64,000 bases of DNA from a bacterium (lineage in GTDB: Bacteria; DRYD01). The position numbers were made by a program, and so were the translations under genes. Below are positions 39,526-49,297 of this stretch, one piece after another. The stretch is taken from assembly GCA_039630415.1 (NCBI GenBank), contig JBCNVB010000026.1, positions 1 to 64,000 of the forward strand, in the 5' to 3' direction. Under the pieces are notes generated by a model that saw only the letters and a program-made list of their open reading frames with translations, ran no database searches and was not told the origin of the DNA. Each line of letters opens with the position of its first letter. The stretch's first letter is position 1.

Positions 39526-39574
39526 ATAATTTAAATATCATGAACTTAACTTAGGTAGGTTGGGAGGAGTATAT

Positions 39575-40897
39575 ATGAAAGTAAAGGTTACTTTGTTTGA
39601 AAAAATGGAAGACATAGTTGAAAGCTGGAGAAAGGAGTACAAAGAAATACAGAGTACTTATGGTAGTGAGGTGATTGCAGATGTAAAAGTTTCCCAAGTT
39701 CTAGGTGGAATGAGAGATATACCTTCTTTGGTATGTGAAACCTCTTTCGTTGATCCATATGAAGGTATAAAATTCAGGGGTTACAGTATTCCAGAGGTTA
39801 TGAAATTGCTCCCTAAAGTATCGGACTTCCCTTACGTTTTGGGAATTTGGTACTTATTACTAACAGGTCAAATCCCAACCAAAGATGAAGTGGAGGAATT
39901 AGAGAGTTACATAAAAATAAGGGAGAAACTTCCACAATATGTGGTGGAAATTCTGAGGAGTATTCCCTCAAACACCCATCCCATGACGCAGTTTGCGATG
40001 GCGATTCTTTCAATGCAGAGAGAATCAGTATTTGCTAAAAGATACTATGAAGGGATGTCTAAGAAGGATTTATGGAAGCCAATGTTAGAAGATAGTATAA
40101 ATCTAATAGCTAGGGCTCCCGTAATAGCAGCATATATTTATCGTAGAACTTACAGGGATGATGTTTTTGTTATGCCTGATCAGAGTTTGGATTACGGTGC
40201 GAATTTTGCTAAGATGCTACATGTAAATAACGACTTTTCGTTAGATAAGGACTTTGCTGATTTGGTAAGATTGTATTTGATTCTACATAGTGATCATGAA
40301 GGGGGAAATGTAAGTGCGCATGCTTGTTTTAATATAAGTTCTGCACTAGCTGATATATACTACTCTGTTTCTGGTGGAATGTGTGGATTAGCTGGTCCAT
40401 TGCATGGTAATGCAAGTAGTGAATCTCTTAGATGGATACTTGATATTCTAAGATTCTTTAACGGTTTACCTTCAAAAGAAAAGCTTCACGAATACGTATC
40501 TTCGTATTTAGCTTCTGGTAAGGTCATACCGGGATTTGGACATGCAGTACTTAGGGTAGTTGATCCAAGATATACAGCTTTTGCAGAATTTGTCAAAGCT
40601 AAGAATTTAGATTCTGATGTTCTTAGGTTAGTTAGGATGCTGTATGAAGTGGTTCCAGAAATTTTGAAAGCTACGGGTAAAGTTAAAGATCCATATCCAA
40701 ATGTAGATGGTCATTCAGGAGCTACTCTTTATCACTATAATTTAAAGGAACATGAATTTTACACTGTTATGTTTGGGGTATCCAGGATAATGGGAATGAC
40801 TGCACAAGTTATATGGGCTAGAGCTGTGGGATACCCCATTGAAAGACCTAAATCTCTTACCCTAAATCATATTAAACAATTGGCAACTAAGACTTAG
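39575..40897 (+). CDS. gltA: Citrate synthase, eukaryotic-like (dimeric) type
   Basis: GGMR, EGIKFRG, HSDHEGGNVSAH, GLAGPLHG, PGFGHAVLR, PNVDGHSG, IERPKS. Confidence 0.93.
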   Translation: MKVKVTLFEKMEDIVESWRKEYKEIQSTYGSEVIADVKVSQVLGGMRDIPSLVCETSFVDPYEGIKFRGYSIPEVMKLLPKVSDFPYVLGIWYLLLTGQIPTKDEVEELESYIKIREKLPQYVVEILRSIPSNTHPMTQFAMAILSMQRESVFAKRYYEGMSKKDLWKPMLEDSINLIARAPVIAAYIYRRTYRDDVFVMPDQSLDYGANFAKMLHVNNDFSLDKDFADLVRLYLILHSDHEGGNVSAHACFNISSALADIYYSVSGGMCGLAGPLHGNASSESLRWILDILRFFNGLPSKEKLHEYVSSYLASGKVIPGFGHAVLRVVDPRYTAFAEFVKAKNLDSDVLRLVRMLYEVVPEILKATGKVKDPYPNVDGHSGATLYHYNLKEHEFYTVMFGVSRIMGMTAQVIWARAVGYPIERPKSLTLNHIKQLATKT

Positions 40898-40969
40898 CAA
40901 AAATACAAGGTAATAAAATTTATTACGTAGAATTCTATTAATAAATCCCATTGAAATGGAGGTATCGTT

Positions 40970-41296
40970 ATGGCTGAGCAAACTACTAATAAGAAACAAA
41001 AAAGAAAACTTAAAAAAAGAAAAATACTCAGAAAGGTAGCTAAAAGAACTCTCAGAAATAAGCAAATTATGAAGAAAATAAAAGTAATGTCTAAGAACAT
41101 AAAGAAAACAATAGCTAGTTTGGTTGGTTCAAATTCACTATCTAATTCAGAATTGCAACAAATACAGAATATGATAGGTAATTTCTATAAAGAAGTAGAC
41201 AGGGCAGTATCAAAGGGAGTAATGCACAAAAACGAAGCCGCTAGAAGAAAATCAAGAATAACCAAGTATTTTAATAATGTTCTTAGCAAAAAGTAA
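40970..41296 (+). CDS. rpsT: 30S ribosomal protein S20
   Basis: VDRAVSKGVMHKNEAARRKSRI. Confidence 0.92.
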   Translation: MAEQTTNKKQKRKLKKRKILRKVAKRTLRNKQIMKKIKVMSKNIKKTIASLVGSNSLSNSELQQIQNMIGNFYKEVDRAVSKGVMHKNEAARRKSRITKYFNNVLSKK

Positions 41297-41314
41297 AAAC
41301 AAGGAGAGATAGGT

Positions 41315-41671
41315 ATGAGAATAAAAAGAGGAGTTATAAAAAAGAAAGCTCATAAAAAAGTACTCAAACTTGCAAGAGGTTATAGAGGAGCAAGGAGTAG
41401 AAGATTTAAAGTAGCTAATGAAGCTCTTTTACATGCTGGAAAATATGCTCACAGAGATAGAAGACAAAAAAAGAGAGAATTCAGAAAACTATGGATAGAA
41501 AGAATTAATGCAGCGTGTAGAATGTTCAACTTAAGCTATAGTAAGTTCATTAATCTTCTGAAGAAAAATAATATAAAAATAGATCGAAAAAATTTGCAAC
41601 TTCTAGCTGTTGAAAACTTTGATCAATTCAAGGAATTAGTAAGTTCACTAGCTAATAATCCTGTATCCTAG
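41315..41671 (+). CDS. rplT: 50S ribosomal protein L20
   Basis: [39 protein letters not shown]. Confidence 0.97.
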   Translation: MRIKRGVIKKKAHKKVLKLARGYRGARSRRFKVANEALLHAGKYAHRDRRQKKREFRKLWIERINAACRMFNLSYSKFINLLKKNNIKIDRKNLQLLAVENFDQFKELVSSLANNPVS

Positions 41672-41707
41672 GCGAATGGGTTTGTATTCCAGGTAAAGAT
41701 TATAACT

Positions 41708-42580
41708 TTATTCAACTAAGGATCTGTAGTAGTGCATTTTTTTCAGTAAGGAAAAGAAAAAATTTCTCAGAAACCTGTTATTTATACGTGTAAGATTCTG
41801 TATTAAAAAACTATACAGGAAGGACTTGGAGAGCAGGTAGTAGAAATTTTTAGCTGGGAAGTAATAGCCGGTAGCGAGTTTTACTCTCATAGTACGATAT
41901 AAATTGTAATAGATCTTAGCGCTAATAGCTCTTTTGGTTTCTGTTTCAAGAATTTTGGGGATATTATCGATAGATGGAGCAGGTTTATAATGATAGCCTA
42001 TAGCTTTGTTGTTTATAATAAGTTTAAGTCCAAGTTTTCTTAGCTTGTATCCCATTTCAATATCTTCCCAGCCATATTTTTCGAATTTTTCATAAAACAT
42101 ACCAGCTTTGATAAGATACTTTCTTCTTACTGAAACGTTACTGGTCCAGAAAAAAGAGGTTGAAAAATCTGCTAGTTTAAATTTAGGTTTTTCAGGAATT
42201 TGTAGTTCAGTTACATGATTAACCCAGCCTCTTACGACCACTTTTTCTTTTTGTCTGTGTACCTTGTAGTGTTCCAGAATCAAGTTTTTATCAGCTAGAA
42301 CGTCATCATCTATGAACAAAATTACTTCGCATTCTGTATTTTTTATTCCATTATTTCTGGCTATGGGTAGACCTAGGTTGGGTTGATTTATAAGTTTGAG
42401 ATTGTATGAAACTTTATTTGATAGTTCCTTTACTAGTTTTTCTGTTTGATCCGTACTTCCGTCGTTAATTACAATTACTTCATACAGATCTTTTGTAATG
42501 GTTTGGTTTTCCAGGGAAAGAAGAACTTTTTCAAGTATATTTGCTCTATTAAAGGTGCTGATTTGTACAGATATTTTCAT
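41708..42580 (-). CDS. Glycosyltransferase family 2
   Basis: STFNR, INDGSTD, ARNNG, FIDDD, GWEDIE. Confidence 0.92.
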   Translation of the reverse strand: MKISVQISTFNRANILEKVLLSLENQTITKDLYEVIVINDGSTDQTEKLVKELSNKVSYNLKLINQPNLGLPIARNNGIKNTECEVILFIDDDVLADKNLILEHYKVHRQKEKVVVRGWVNHVTELQIPEKPKFKLADFSTSFFWTSNVSVRRKYLIKAGMFYEKFEKYGWEDIEMGYKLRKLGLKLIINNKAIGYHYKPAPSIDNIPKILETETKRAISAKIYYNLYRTMRVKLATGYYFPAKNFYYLLSKSFLYSFLIQNLTRINNRFLRNFFFSLLKKMHYYRSLVE

Positions 42581-42582
42581 GT

Positions 42583-43809
42583 TTACCAGTTAGAATAGAT
42601 GTAGTTTAGTATTTGTTCTTCTATTACTTTCGCTTGGTAAGTATAGGGTCCATTGTATATTATGCTAAAGGAGTACCATTTATTTTTTTTAGTTTTGACG
42701 TATCCTGCAAGTGAAGACACATCATTAAGTGTTCCTGTTTTTGCTTTTATTGTTCTTGGTAGGTTTCTTTTTTGGAGTGTTCCTTCGTTGTAACCTGGTA
42801 GAGTGTAGATTAGGTAGGGTAGTAAATAGTAATCATCCATTAAGGATAGAAGCATGGCTAGTGAGTAGCAGTTTATTCTGTTTTTTCTAGATAATCCGCA
42901 TCCATCATCCATAACTATGCCTAACCCGGAGTATTCTTGATTTATATCGAATTTTTTTTCAAATTTGAGTTTATAGTATAGTTTTTGTGAAATAAAATTA
43001 TCACTCCAGAAGTTTTGTTGCTTGAGTGCCTGAATGAGAAAGCAAGTAGGAAAGGATCCAATATTATCGTAGTGATTATAATCTACAGTTGTTTTTAATG
43101 TTACGTTGACATTGTATCCCAAATCTATGAAAAGTTTTCTTATTATTTTTTTGATATACTCTTCTGGTGAGGGGTATACATACCAGTAAGCTCCATCTAT
43201 GTATGTTAGGTTGGATATTAAGTTTGATAGTATGTTTTGATCTTGTAGTTCTGGAAAAGCCGATGGGTATATAGTTAATTTGTCTTGAATTCTTTGTATT
43301 TTTATCATGTTTTGGTTAAAGGAAAAGGTTGATATGTAGGGTGCAAAAGGTTCTCCTTCGTATATTTTCCATGATTCGGGATAGTAAGATGGTAAGCTAT
43401 TATCTATTTCTACGGTTTGTATGTTTTCTATTTGATTTGCTTCTAAGATATTTCTTATTCCTTCCTTTAGAAAATTGTATGGATCTGGGATTATTTCTTC
43501 TATTAAGGAGGGATTATAGTTTGAGCTAATCAGAATCCTATTATCTCTTTTGTATATTTGAACTTCAAAGACGTAGTATGGACTTAGTACTGATAGTGCG
43601 TTTATTGTGGTTATTAATTTAGCTACTGAAGCGGGTATTAGTTGTTCTTTTGCATTCCTTTGATATACGAGTTCATTTGTGTATAAGTCAAAAACTGCTA
43701 TAGAGTTTTTGAGTTGGATTAAGTTTTCTGGTATTGTTCTTGAATAAATTGGATATAGGAGTATTATAGTTATGATTACCAGTAATTTTAAGAAGTGAGT
43801 AGGGAGCAT
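42583..43809 (-). CDS. dacB: D-Ala-D-Ala carboxypeptidase/endopeptidase (PBP4, peptidase S13)
   Basis: PASVAK, SDN, DGCGLSR, AKTGTL..VSSLAGY. Confidence 0.88.
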   Translation of the reverse strand: MLPTHFLKLLVIITIILLYPIYSRTIPENLIQLKNSIAVFDLYTNELVYQRNAKEQLIPASVAKLITTINALSVLSPYYVFEVQIYKRDNRILISSNYNPSLIEEIIPDPYNFLKEGIRNILEANQIENIQTVEIDNSLPSYYPESWKIYEGEPFAPYISTFSFNQNMIKIQRIQDKLTIYPSAFPELQDQNILSNLISNLTYIDGAYWYVYPSPEEYIKKIIRKLFIDLGYNVNVTLKTTVDYNHYDNIGSFPTCFLIQALKQQNFWSDNFISQKLYYKLKFEKKFDINQEYSGLGIVMDDGCGLSRKNRINCYSLAMLLSLMDDYYLLPYLIYTLPGYNEGTLQKRNLPRTIKAKTGTLNDVSSLAGYVKTKKNKWYSFSIIYNGPYTYQAKVIEEQILNYIYSNW

Positions 43810-44369
43810 TAAGCTCTGCTTACGTATTCTCCGGTTTCTGTGTTTACTATGATACTATCTCCTATATCAACGAAGATAGGTACGTTAATGGTTATTCCGG
43901 TTTCTAGTTTTGCTGGTTTCATAACAGTTGATACTCTATCTCCTTTGACAGCTTTTTCTGTATATTCTACTTTTAATGTTACTGTTGGTGGCAGATTTAT
44001 GCCTATTGGGTTATTTTCGTACATTATTACGTTTAGTACGTCTCCTTCTTTTATGAAGCCGATTTCTTTTTCGATTAGGTTTAGGGGGATTGAGTATTGT
44101 TCAAAAGTTTCGTTATCCATTAGGTATAGGTTATCTGAGTCTTTGTATAGTGCTTGCATTGGTTTGGTTTCTATTATAGCTCTTTTGAATTTTTCTTCGC
44201 TATCGAATTTTTTTTCGAGCACTTGTCCAGTTTTTAGATTTTTTATTTTGGTGGAGACGAAAGCTCTTGCTTGTGCTATTTTGGTATGTTGGTATTCTAT
44301 TACTTGCCATAGGTTACCTTCATATTCTATTACTATTCCTTTGTGAAAGTCGTTAGGAGTTATTAGCAT
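43809..44369 (-). CDS. efp: Translation elongation factor P (non-canonical loop)
   Basis: KIKNLKTG, MDNETFEQ, LPPTV, KPAKLETG, VPIFV, VNTETGEYVSRA. Confidence 0.95.
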   Translation of the reverse strand: MLITPNDFHKGIVIEYEGNLWQVIEYQHTKIAQARAFVSTKIKNLKTGQVLEKKFDSEEKFKRAIIETKPMQALYKDSDNLYLMDNETFEQYSIPLNLIEKEIGFIKEGDVLNVIMYENNPIGINLPPTVTLKVEYTEKAVKGDRVSTVMKPAKLETGITINVPIFVDIGDSIIVNTETGEYVSRA

Positions 44370-44406
44370 TTGTTACCACCTCGTTTATTATTAATGTTTG
44401 TGGTTT

Positions 44407-44661
44407 TTATTTAGTTTTTAGTAGTTTTTGTTGGTATTTTTGAACTAATTTTTTGACACTTTCGGTTGGTTGTGCACCTTTATTTATCCAGTATTTAAAT
44501 CTTTCTAAGTTTATTTCGAGGACTTTAGGTTGCATTCTTGGGTTGTAGTAGCCTATTTTTTCTACATATTTGCCATCTCTTTTTGTTTTTGCATCTGCGA
44601 CTACTATTCTATACCATGGGTTATGTTTATGTCCATATCTAGATAGCCTTATCTTAAGCAT
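44407..44661 (-). CDS. rpsP: 30S ribosomal protein S16
   Basis: [33 protein letters not shown]. Confidence 0.97.
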   Translation of the reverse strand: MLKIRLSRYGHKHNPWYRIVVADAKTKRDGKYVEKIGYYNPRMQPKVLEINLERFKYWINKGAQPTESVKKLVQKYQQKLLKTK

Positions 44662-44678
44662 ATTGCACCTCCGTATGA

Positions 44679-46055
44679 TTATTTTTTAAACATGCTAAAA
44701 ATATCTTTAATATTTTGGTTTGGTAGAGGTAGATTTAATTCTGGTATATTTTCTTTTTTAACTATTCCTCCCATTTTTTTGAGTACTTTTCTCATTTCTC
44801 TGAAGTGTTTGATAAGATTGTTGACTTCTTTTATTGAGGTTCCACTTCCTCTGGCTATTCTAGCTTTTCTGCTACTGTTTATTATGTCTGGTTTTTTTCT
44901 TTCTTCTTTAGTCATTGAGTTTATGATTGCTTCTATTCTGTCGATTGCTTTTGGATCTACTTCTACTTCTCTTAGTGCTACTGGGTCTATTCCGAACATT
45001 TTTAGGGGTAGCATGGATAGAAGTGATTTAAAATCTCCCATTCTTTTTATCATTCTAAGATAAGATAGGTAGTCTTCGAAGGTGAATTCTCCTTCTAGGT
45101 ATTTTTCTACTTTTTCCAGTTCTTTTTCTTCTATTTGTTTTTCTATTTTTTCTATGAAGGTTAGTATATCTCCCATTCCTAGTATTCTAGAAACTATTCT
45201 GTCTGGGTGGAATACTTCGAGATCGGTTATTTTTTCGCCTGTTCCGATGAAGTAGAGTGGTTTTTGTGTTACGTATCTAATGGATAGAGCTATTCCTCCT
45301 TTTGTATCGCCATCCATTTTTGTTATTATGAAGCCTGAAAGGTTGACATGTTGATCGAAGGTTTGTGCTACATTTACTCCTTCTTGCCCTATCATTGAGT
45401 CTATTACCATTATAGTGTGTTCGACATTGAATTTTTGTTTTATTTTTGATATTTCATTTAGTAGGTCTTGGTCTAGGTGTATTCTTCCTGCGGTATCTAC
45501 TATTATTGGATTGTAATTTGTTTTTTGTGTTTCTTCAATAGCTTTTTGAATTATTCTTATGCTATCTGAATTTTTGTCGTGGATAATTGGGATTGAGTTG
45601 GAGTTGCATAGATAGACTAATTGGTCTATAGCAGCTGGTCTATTAAAGTCGGCTGCTACTACTAGTGGATTGTAGCCTTGTTCTTTGAAATAGTGGGCTA
45701 ACTTTGCGGTAGTGGTTGTCTTACCTGATCCTTGTAATCCTACCATTAGGATTATTGAAGGGGTATTGTTTATTTCTAATTTTACTGCTTCTTTACCAAG
45801 GATTTCTAGAATCTTATCTCTAGTGGCTCTTATGATCAGTTGGGAAGGAGTAAAGAGTTGGTTGGATTCGAGATTTTCAACTTCTTCCCTTATTTTGTGT
45901 GTTAGATCACGTACTACATTTAAGTGTACATCTGCTTCTAGGAGAGCTATTCTAATTTCTCTTATAGTTTGATCTATTTCTTCTTTTGATATTTTGCCTT
46001 TGCCTGATAGGGTTTTTACTATTTTACTGAAACTGTCAACTAGTTTTTCAAACAT
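44679..46055 (-). CDS. ffh: Signal recognition particle protein Ffh
   Basis: [48 protein letters not shown]. Confidence 0.97.
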   Translation of the reverse strand: MFEKLVDSFSKIVKTLSGKGKISKEEIDQTIREIRIALLEADVHLNVVRDLTHKIREEVENLESNQLFTPSQLIIRATRDKILEILGKEAVKLEINNTPSIILMVGLQGSGKTTTTAKLAHYFKEQGYNPLVVAADFNRPAAIDQLVYLCNSNSIPIIHDKNSDSIRIIQKAIEETQKTNYNPIIVDTAGRIHLDQDLLNEISKIKQKFNVEHTIMVIDSMIGQEGVNVAQTFDQHVNLSGFIITKMDGDTKGGIALSIRYVTQKPLYFIGTGEKITDLEVFHPDRIVSRILGMGDILTFIEKIEKQIEEKELEKVEKYLEGEFTFEDYLSYLRMIKRMGDFKSLLSMLPLKMFGIDPVALREVEVDPKAIDRIEAIINSMTKEERKKPDIINSSRKARIARGSGTSIKEVNNLIKHFREMRKVLKKMGGIVKKENIPELNLPLPNQNIKDIFSMFKK

Positions 46056-47419
46056 TATGTTCTCACCTCTTGGTTTATTATATTTTGGACTTGTATTATT
46101 TTTTGTTGATCTTGGGATTCTATGAGTATTCTTACAACTTCTTCAGTACCTGATGGTCTAACGAATATTCGTACGTCGGGAAAATTTTGTGATATTTTTC
46201 TAAATAGGTCATTATTTTGATTTATGAACTTTTTCTTATCTGTTACGGGTATGTTTATTAGTTTTTGTTGGTATTTTTGGAGGTTTTGGATGATGGGGTA
46301 GGGATCTATTTTTTTGAGTGAGGTTAGTAGGAAGAGTGAGGATAGGATGCCGTCTCCGGTGTAAAGGAAAGGAGGGATTATTATATGTCCTGATTGTTCT
46401 GCACCCATATCTACACCATTTTCTAGGATTTGTTTTGTTAGATATTTATCTCCTACATCAGTTCTTATTACTTTAATTCCTTCTTCTTGGAAAGCTTTTT
46501 CGATTCCCAGGCTGCTCATGTGGGTTAGGGCTACACTTTTTATAGACATCTTGAGTTCATTTTTCAAGTACTTTGATATTATTAGCAGGATGGTGTCACC
46601 GTCTAATGTGATTATTTGTCCGTTATGTTTATAAATTGCTATTACTCTATCTCCGTCTCCATCAAATGATAAACCTATGGGGTTGTTGTAGTTCTTGGAT
46701 AGTTTGATGAATTGCTTTTTGAAGCTTTCGATATTAGTGGAGCCACAATTTTGGTTTATATTAAAACCGTCTGGTTTATTGTTTAAAGTTATTACCTTAG
46801 CTCCTAATTTTCTATATATAACTGGTGCATACTTACTTAGAGCTCCATTTGATAGATCAAGTATTATGGTGTACTTTTTTAAGTTATCCAGGTAGTTTTT
46901 AATGTAGACCAGGATTTTGTCGATGTATATTTTGAGTAAATCGGATATTTTAAAGTTGTTATTTGAATTTGTAGGTTTTTGGAAAAGATTAAGGTAGTTT
47001 GAGAAATCTTCATGGATTGAATCTAGGTAGGAGTTGAGTGTTAGTTCTATTTCTTTTTCTAATTTTTCGTCTATTTTTAGTCCTTTGAAGAGTATTTTAA
47101 TACCGTTGTAGTTGTAGGGGTTATGGGAAGCTGTTATTTGGAACCCATAGCAGTTATAGTATTTGGTTATGAATGCCAGAGCTGGGGTTGAGATATAATC
47201 ACGGGATAATTCTACTTTAAATCCTTCTGATACTAAAGCTGAGGCTATTGCCAAAGCCATTGAATAACTGTTAAATCTCGTATCATAACCTATTACGACT
47301 TTATTTTTTTTGTTTATTGCTTTGCAAAAGCTTTTACCTACTAGATAGGCTATTATTTCGTTTAGGAAGGGATGTTTTTCCCTTATTCCATCTGTTCCAA
47401 AAGTGTATATCAGCTTCAT
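46055..47419 (-). CDS. glmM: Phosphoglucosamine mutase / phosphohexomutase
   Basis: FGTDGIR, TASHNP, DGDGDR, VGDKY, AEQSGH, RPSGTE. Confidence 0.85.
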   Translation of the reverse strand: MKLIYTFGTDGIREKHPFLNEIIAYLVGKSFCKAINKKNKVVIGYDTRFNSYSMALAIASALVSEGFKVELSRDYISTPALAFITKYYNCYGFQITASHNPYNYNGIKILFKGLKIDEKLEKEIELTLNSYLDSIHEDFSNYLNLFQKPTNSNNNFKISDLLKIYIDKILVYIKNYLDNLKKYTIILDLSNGALSKYAPVIYRKLGAKVITLNNKPDGFNINQNCGSTNIESFKKQFIKLSKNYNNPIGLSFDGDGDRVIAIYKHNGQIITLDGDTILLIISKYLKNELKMSIKSVALTHMSSLGIEKAFQEEGIKVIRTDVGDKYLTKQILENGVDMGAEQSGHIIIPPFLYTGDGILSSLFLLTSLKKIDPYPIIQNLQKYQQKLINIPVTDKKKFINQNNDLFRKISQNFPDVRIFVRPSGTEEVVRILIESQDQQKIIQVQNIINQEVRT

Positions 47420-47531
47420 GCTTCTATACTTATTCTACTCATAGTTTTGTTATTCCTTTTGTTATGCTTGTTGTTGCTTTATGGAAGGTTTTTGGGTTTT
47501 TTGGCTAGAAATAACTATTTGAGGTGATAGC

Positions 47532-49262
47532 ATGTTTAAGCAGCTATTTGAAGAAATTCTTGGTGATATAATGATAGATTTAGGTATTTCAAAACCTCGT
47601 AGACCTGATAAGCTTTCATGTCCTAACTGTGAATATACCATGAAAGTTATTTCTATAAAGTTTAAAGGTAAATCAGACATTGATATACTTAAAATAGATT
47701 TTTGTGATAGTTGTGAGGGGATATGGTTTGATCGTGGTGAGCTTGTAAAAGCTCTTGAGATCAACATTAAAGATATTTCTAAGTTTTTCCCTTCCAGCAC
47801 CAAAAGAAGTGAGAAGGGTAGTGGAAGGAGAGTTTGTCCTATATGTTCCAAGTATTTAAGCTTGATAAATTATTCTAAGGATAGTGATATATGGGTAGAT
47901 GTTTGTACTAATGGATGTGGAATATTCCTGGATGCAGGTGAGCTTGAATTGTTAAAACTATACTCTATTGATCCTAACTACTTGAAAACGACAACTACAC
48001 AGGTGTTGGTTCCTGTTGAAAAACCTACCATGGCTAATTTACAAAAATTAAACGAACTGCAATCTAGATTAAATAATCTAAAAGATACTATCCTTAATAA
48101 ATTGAAAGAAGCAGAGGATTCCATAAAAAATCAAGATATATCAAAATTAAAACAACTAATTGACAATGGAGTATTCAGACAAGAGCTCCAGGAACTTAAT
48201 TCTATTAGTTCTGAAGTTAAACAACTGTATTCTATGCACTCAACTGATAATCAAGTTGTGGAGCTTCAAAACTCTTTGGAAAAAATCAAAAAGTTTATAG
48301 ATATAAAGCTAGATTCAATAAACCAAAGACTTTCTTCATATGTAAAACAACCTTCTGTAGTACAAGAAAAAGTGGATCAAAAACAAGTAGACCAAAAAGT
48401 AATTGAAAAGCTTCCAGAAAAGCATGAAAAGGTCGGTAAACAAGAAAAATTTGAGAAAATTGAAAAGATTAAATTAAGTGGATATGAAAACCTTCATTCC
48501 TATCTGATAATCAATAATAACCTTTACATTTTCTCAGAAAACAAGATATACAAAAAAGTTCAAAATAGTTTTGAAGAGATTAAACTCAAGGAAATCAACT
48601 TTAGAATTAAAAGGGTTAAAGTGGTAGATGGTAAGATTTATCTGATGGGTTCTTCTGGTAATATAGCTGAACTAAATGACTTATCGCAAGTTAGTAAGAT
48701 TTACAGAATTGGTTACAGTGATATCAATGATTTGGCTAAGGTAAATAATAAATTTTATGTTTTATCAAGTGGGAGAGTATTTATTCTTGACAACGAATTC
48801 AAGATTTTACAAGAAAAAACTCTGAATGCTTCTTTTGTTGAAGTTATAGATGATAAAATCTTAATGGGTTATAGTAGTTTGTTTTATGTTGATGAAAACT
48901 TGAATAAAGTTCATGAATACCAGGTGGGTACATATAAACAATTCAAAAAAATGAAACAGATTATTTCAAATCAGTATGGTTCTGAGTTTTATGTTTGGGG
49001 TAGTGGGATATTGTCAAAATTCACGGGTAAGGAGATTCAGATGCTTAATCTACCCAAAAGTTATGTTGAGATAAATGATGTTCAATTTATGAGGGATGAG
49101 TATTATGTTTGTTGTAATAGTGGTGGGTTATATGCTACAAAGGACTTTAGTAACTATCAAGAGATAAAGCTAAATACTTTTGATAATTTATACTCGATTT
49201 TTGAATTTGAGGGTATGATTTATGTTATTTGTTCTGGATCGAATGTTATGATTTTAAGTTAG
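47532..49262 (+). CDS. Protein with two zf-TFIIB-like zinc ribbons, a coiled coil and a beta-rich C-terminal domain
   Basis: CPNC..CDSCEGIWFDRGEL and CPIC..CTNGCGIFLDAGEL. Confidence 0.75.
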   Translation: MFKQLFEEILGDIMIDLGISKPRRPDKLSCPNCEYTMKVISIKFKGKSDIDILKIDFCDSCEGIWFDRGELVKALEINIKDISKFFPSSTKRSEKGSGRRVCPICSKYLSLINYSKDSDIWVDVCTNGCGIFLDAGELELLKLYSIDPNYLKTTTTQVLVPVEKPTMANLQKLNELQSRLNNLKDTILNKLKEAEDSIKNQDISKLKQLIDNGVFRQELQELNSISSEVKQLYSMHSTDNQVVELQNSLEKIKKFIDIKLDSINQRLSSYVKQPSVVQEKVDQKQVDQKVIEKLPEKHEKVGKQEKFEKIEKIKLSGYENLHSYLIINNNLYIFSENKIYKKVQNSFEEIKLKEINFRIKRVKVVDGKIYLMGSSGNIAELNDLSQVSKIYRIGYSDINDLAKVNNKFYVLSSGRVFILDNEFKILQEKTLNASFVEVIDDKILMGYSSLFYVDENLNKVHEYQVGTYKQFKKMKQIISNQYGSEFYVWGSGILSKFTGKEIQMLNLPKSYVEINDVQFMRDEYYVCCNSGGLYATKDFSNYQEIKLNTFDNLYSIFEFEGMIYVICSGSNVMILS

Positions 49263-49297
49263 AAATTTATGAAAGGGTATTGAGGGGGGATGATTAA

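Noticed and set aside
43840-44346. 168-aa antisense ORF over efp, and similar antisense ORFs over feoB, ffh, icd and the AAA gene
   Set aside because: Shadow ORFs opposite well-supported genes, with no RBS or motifs
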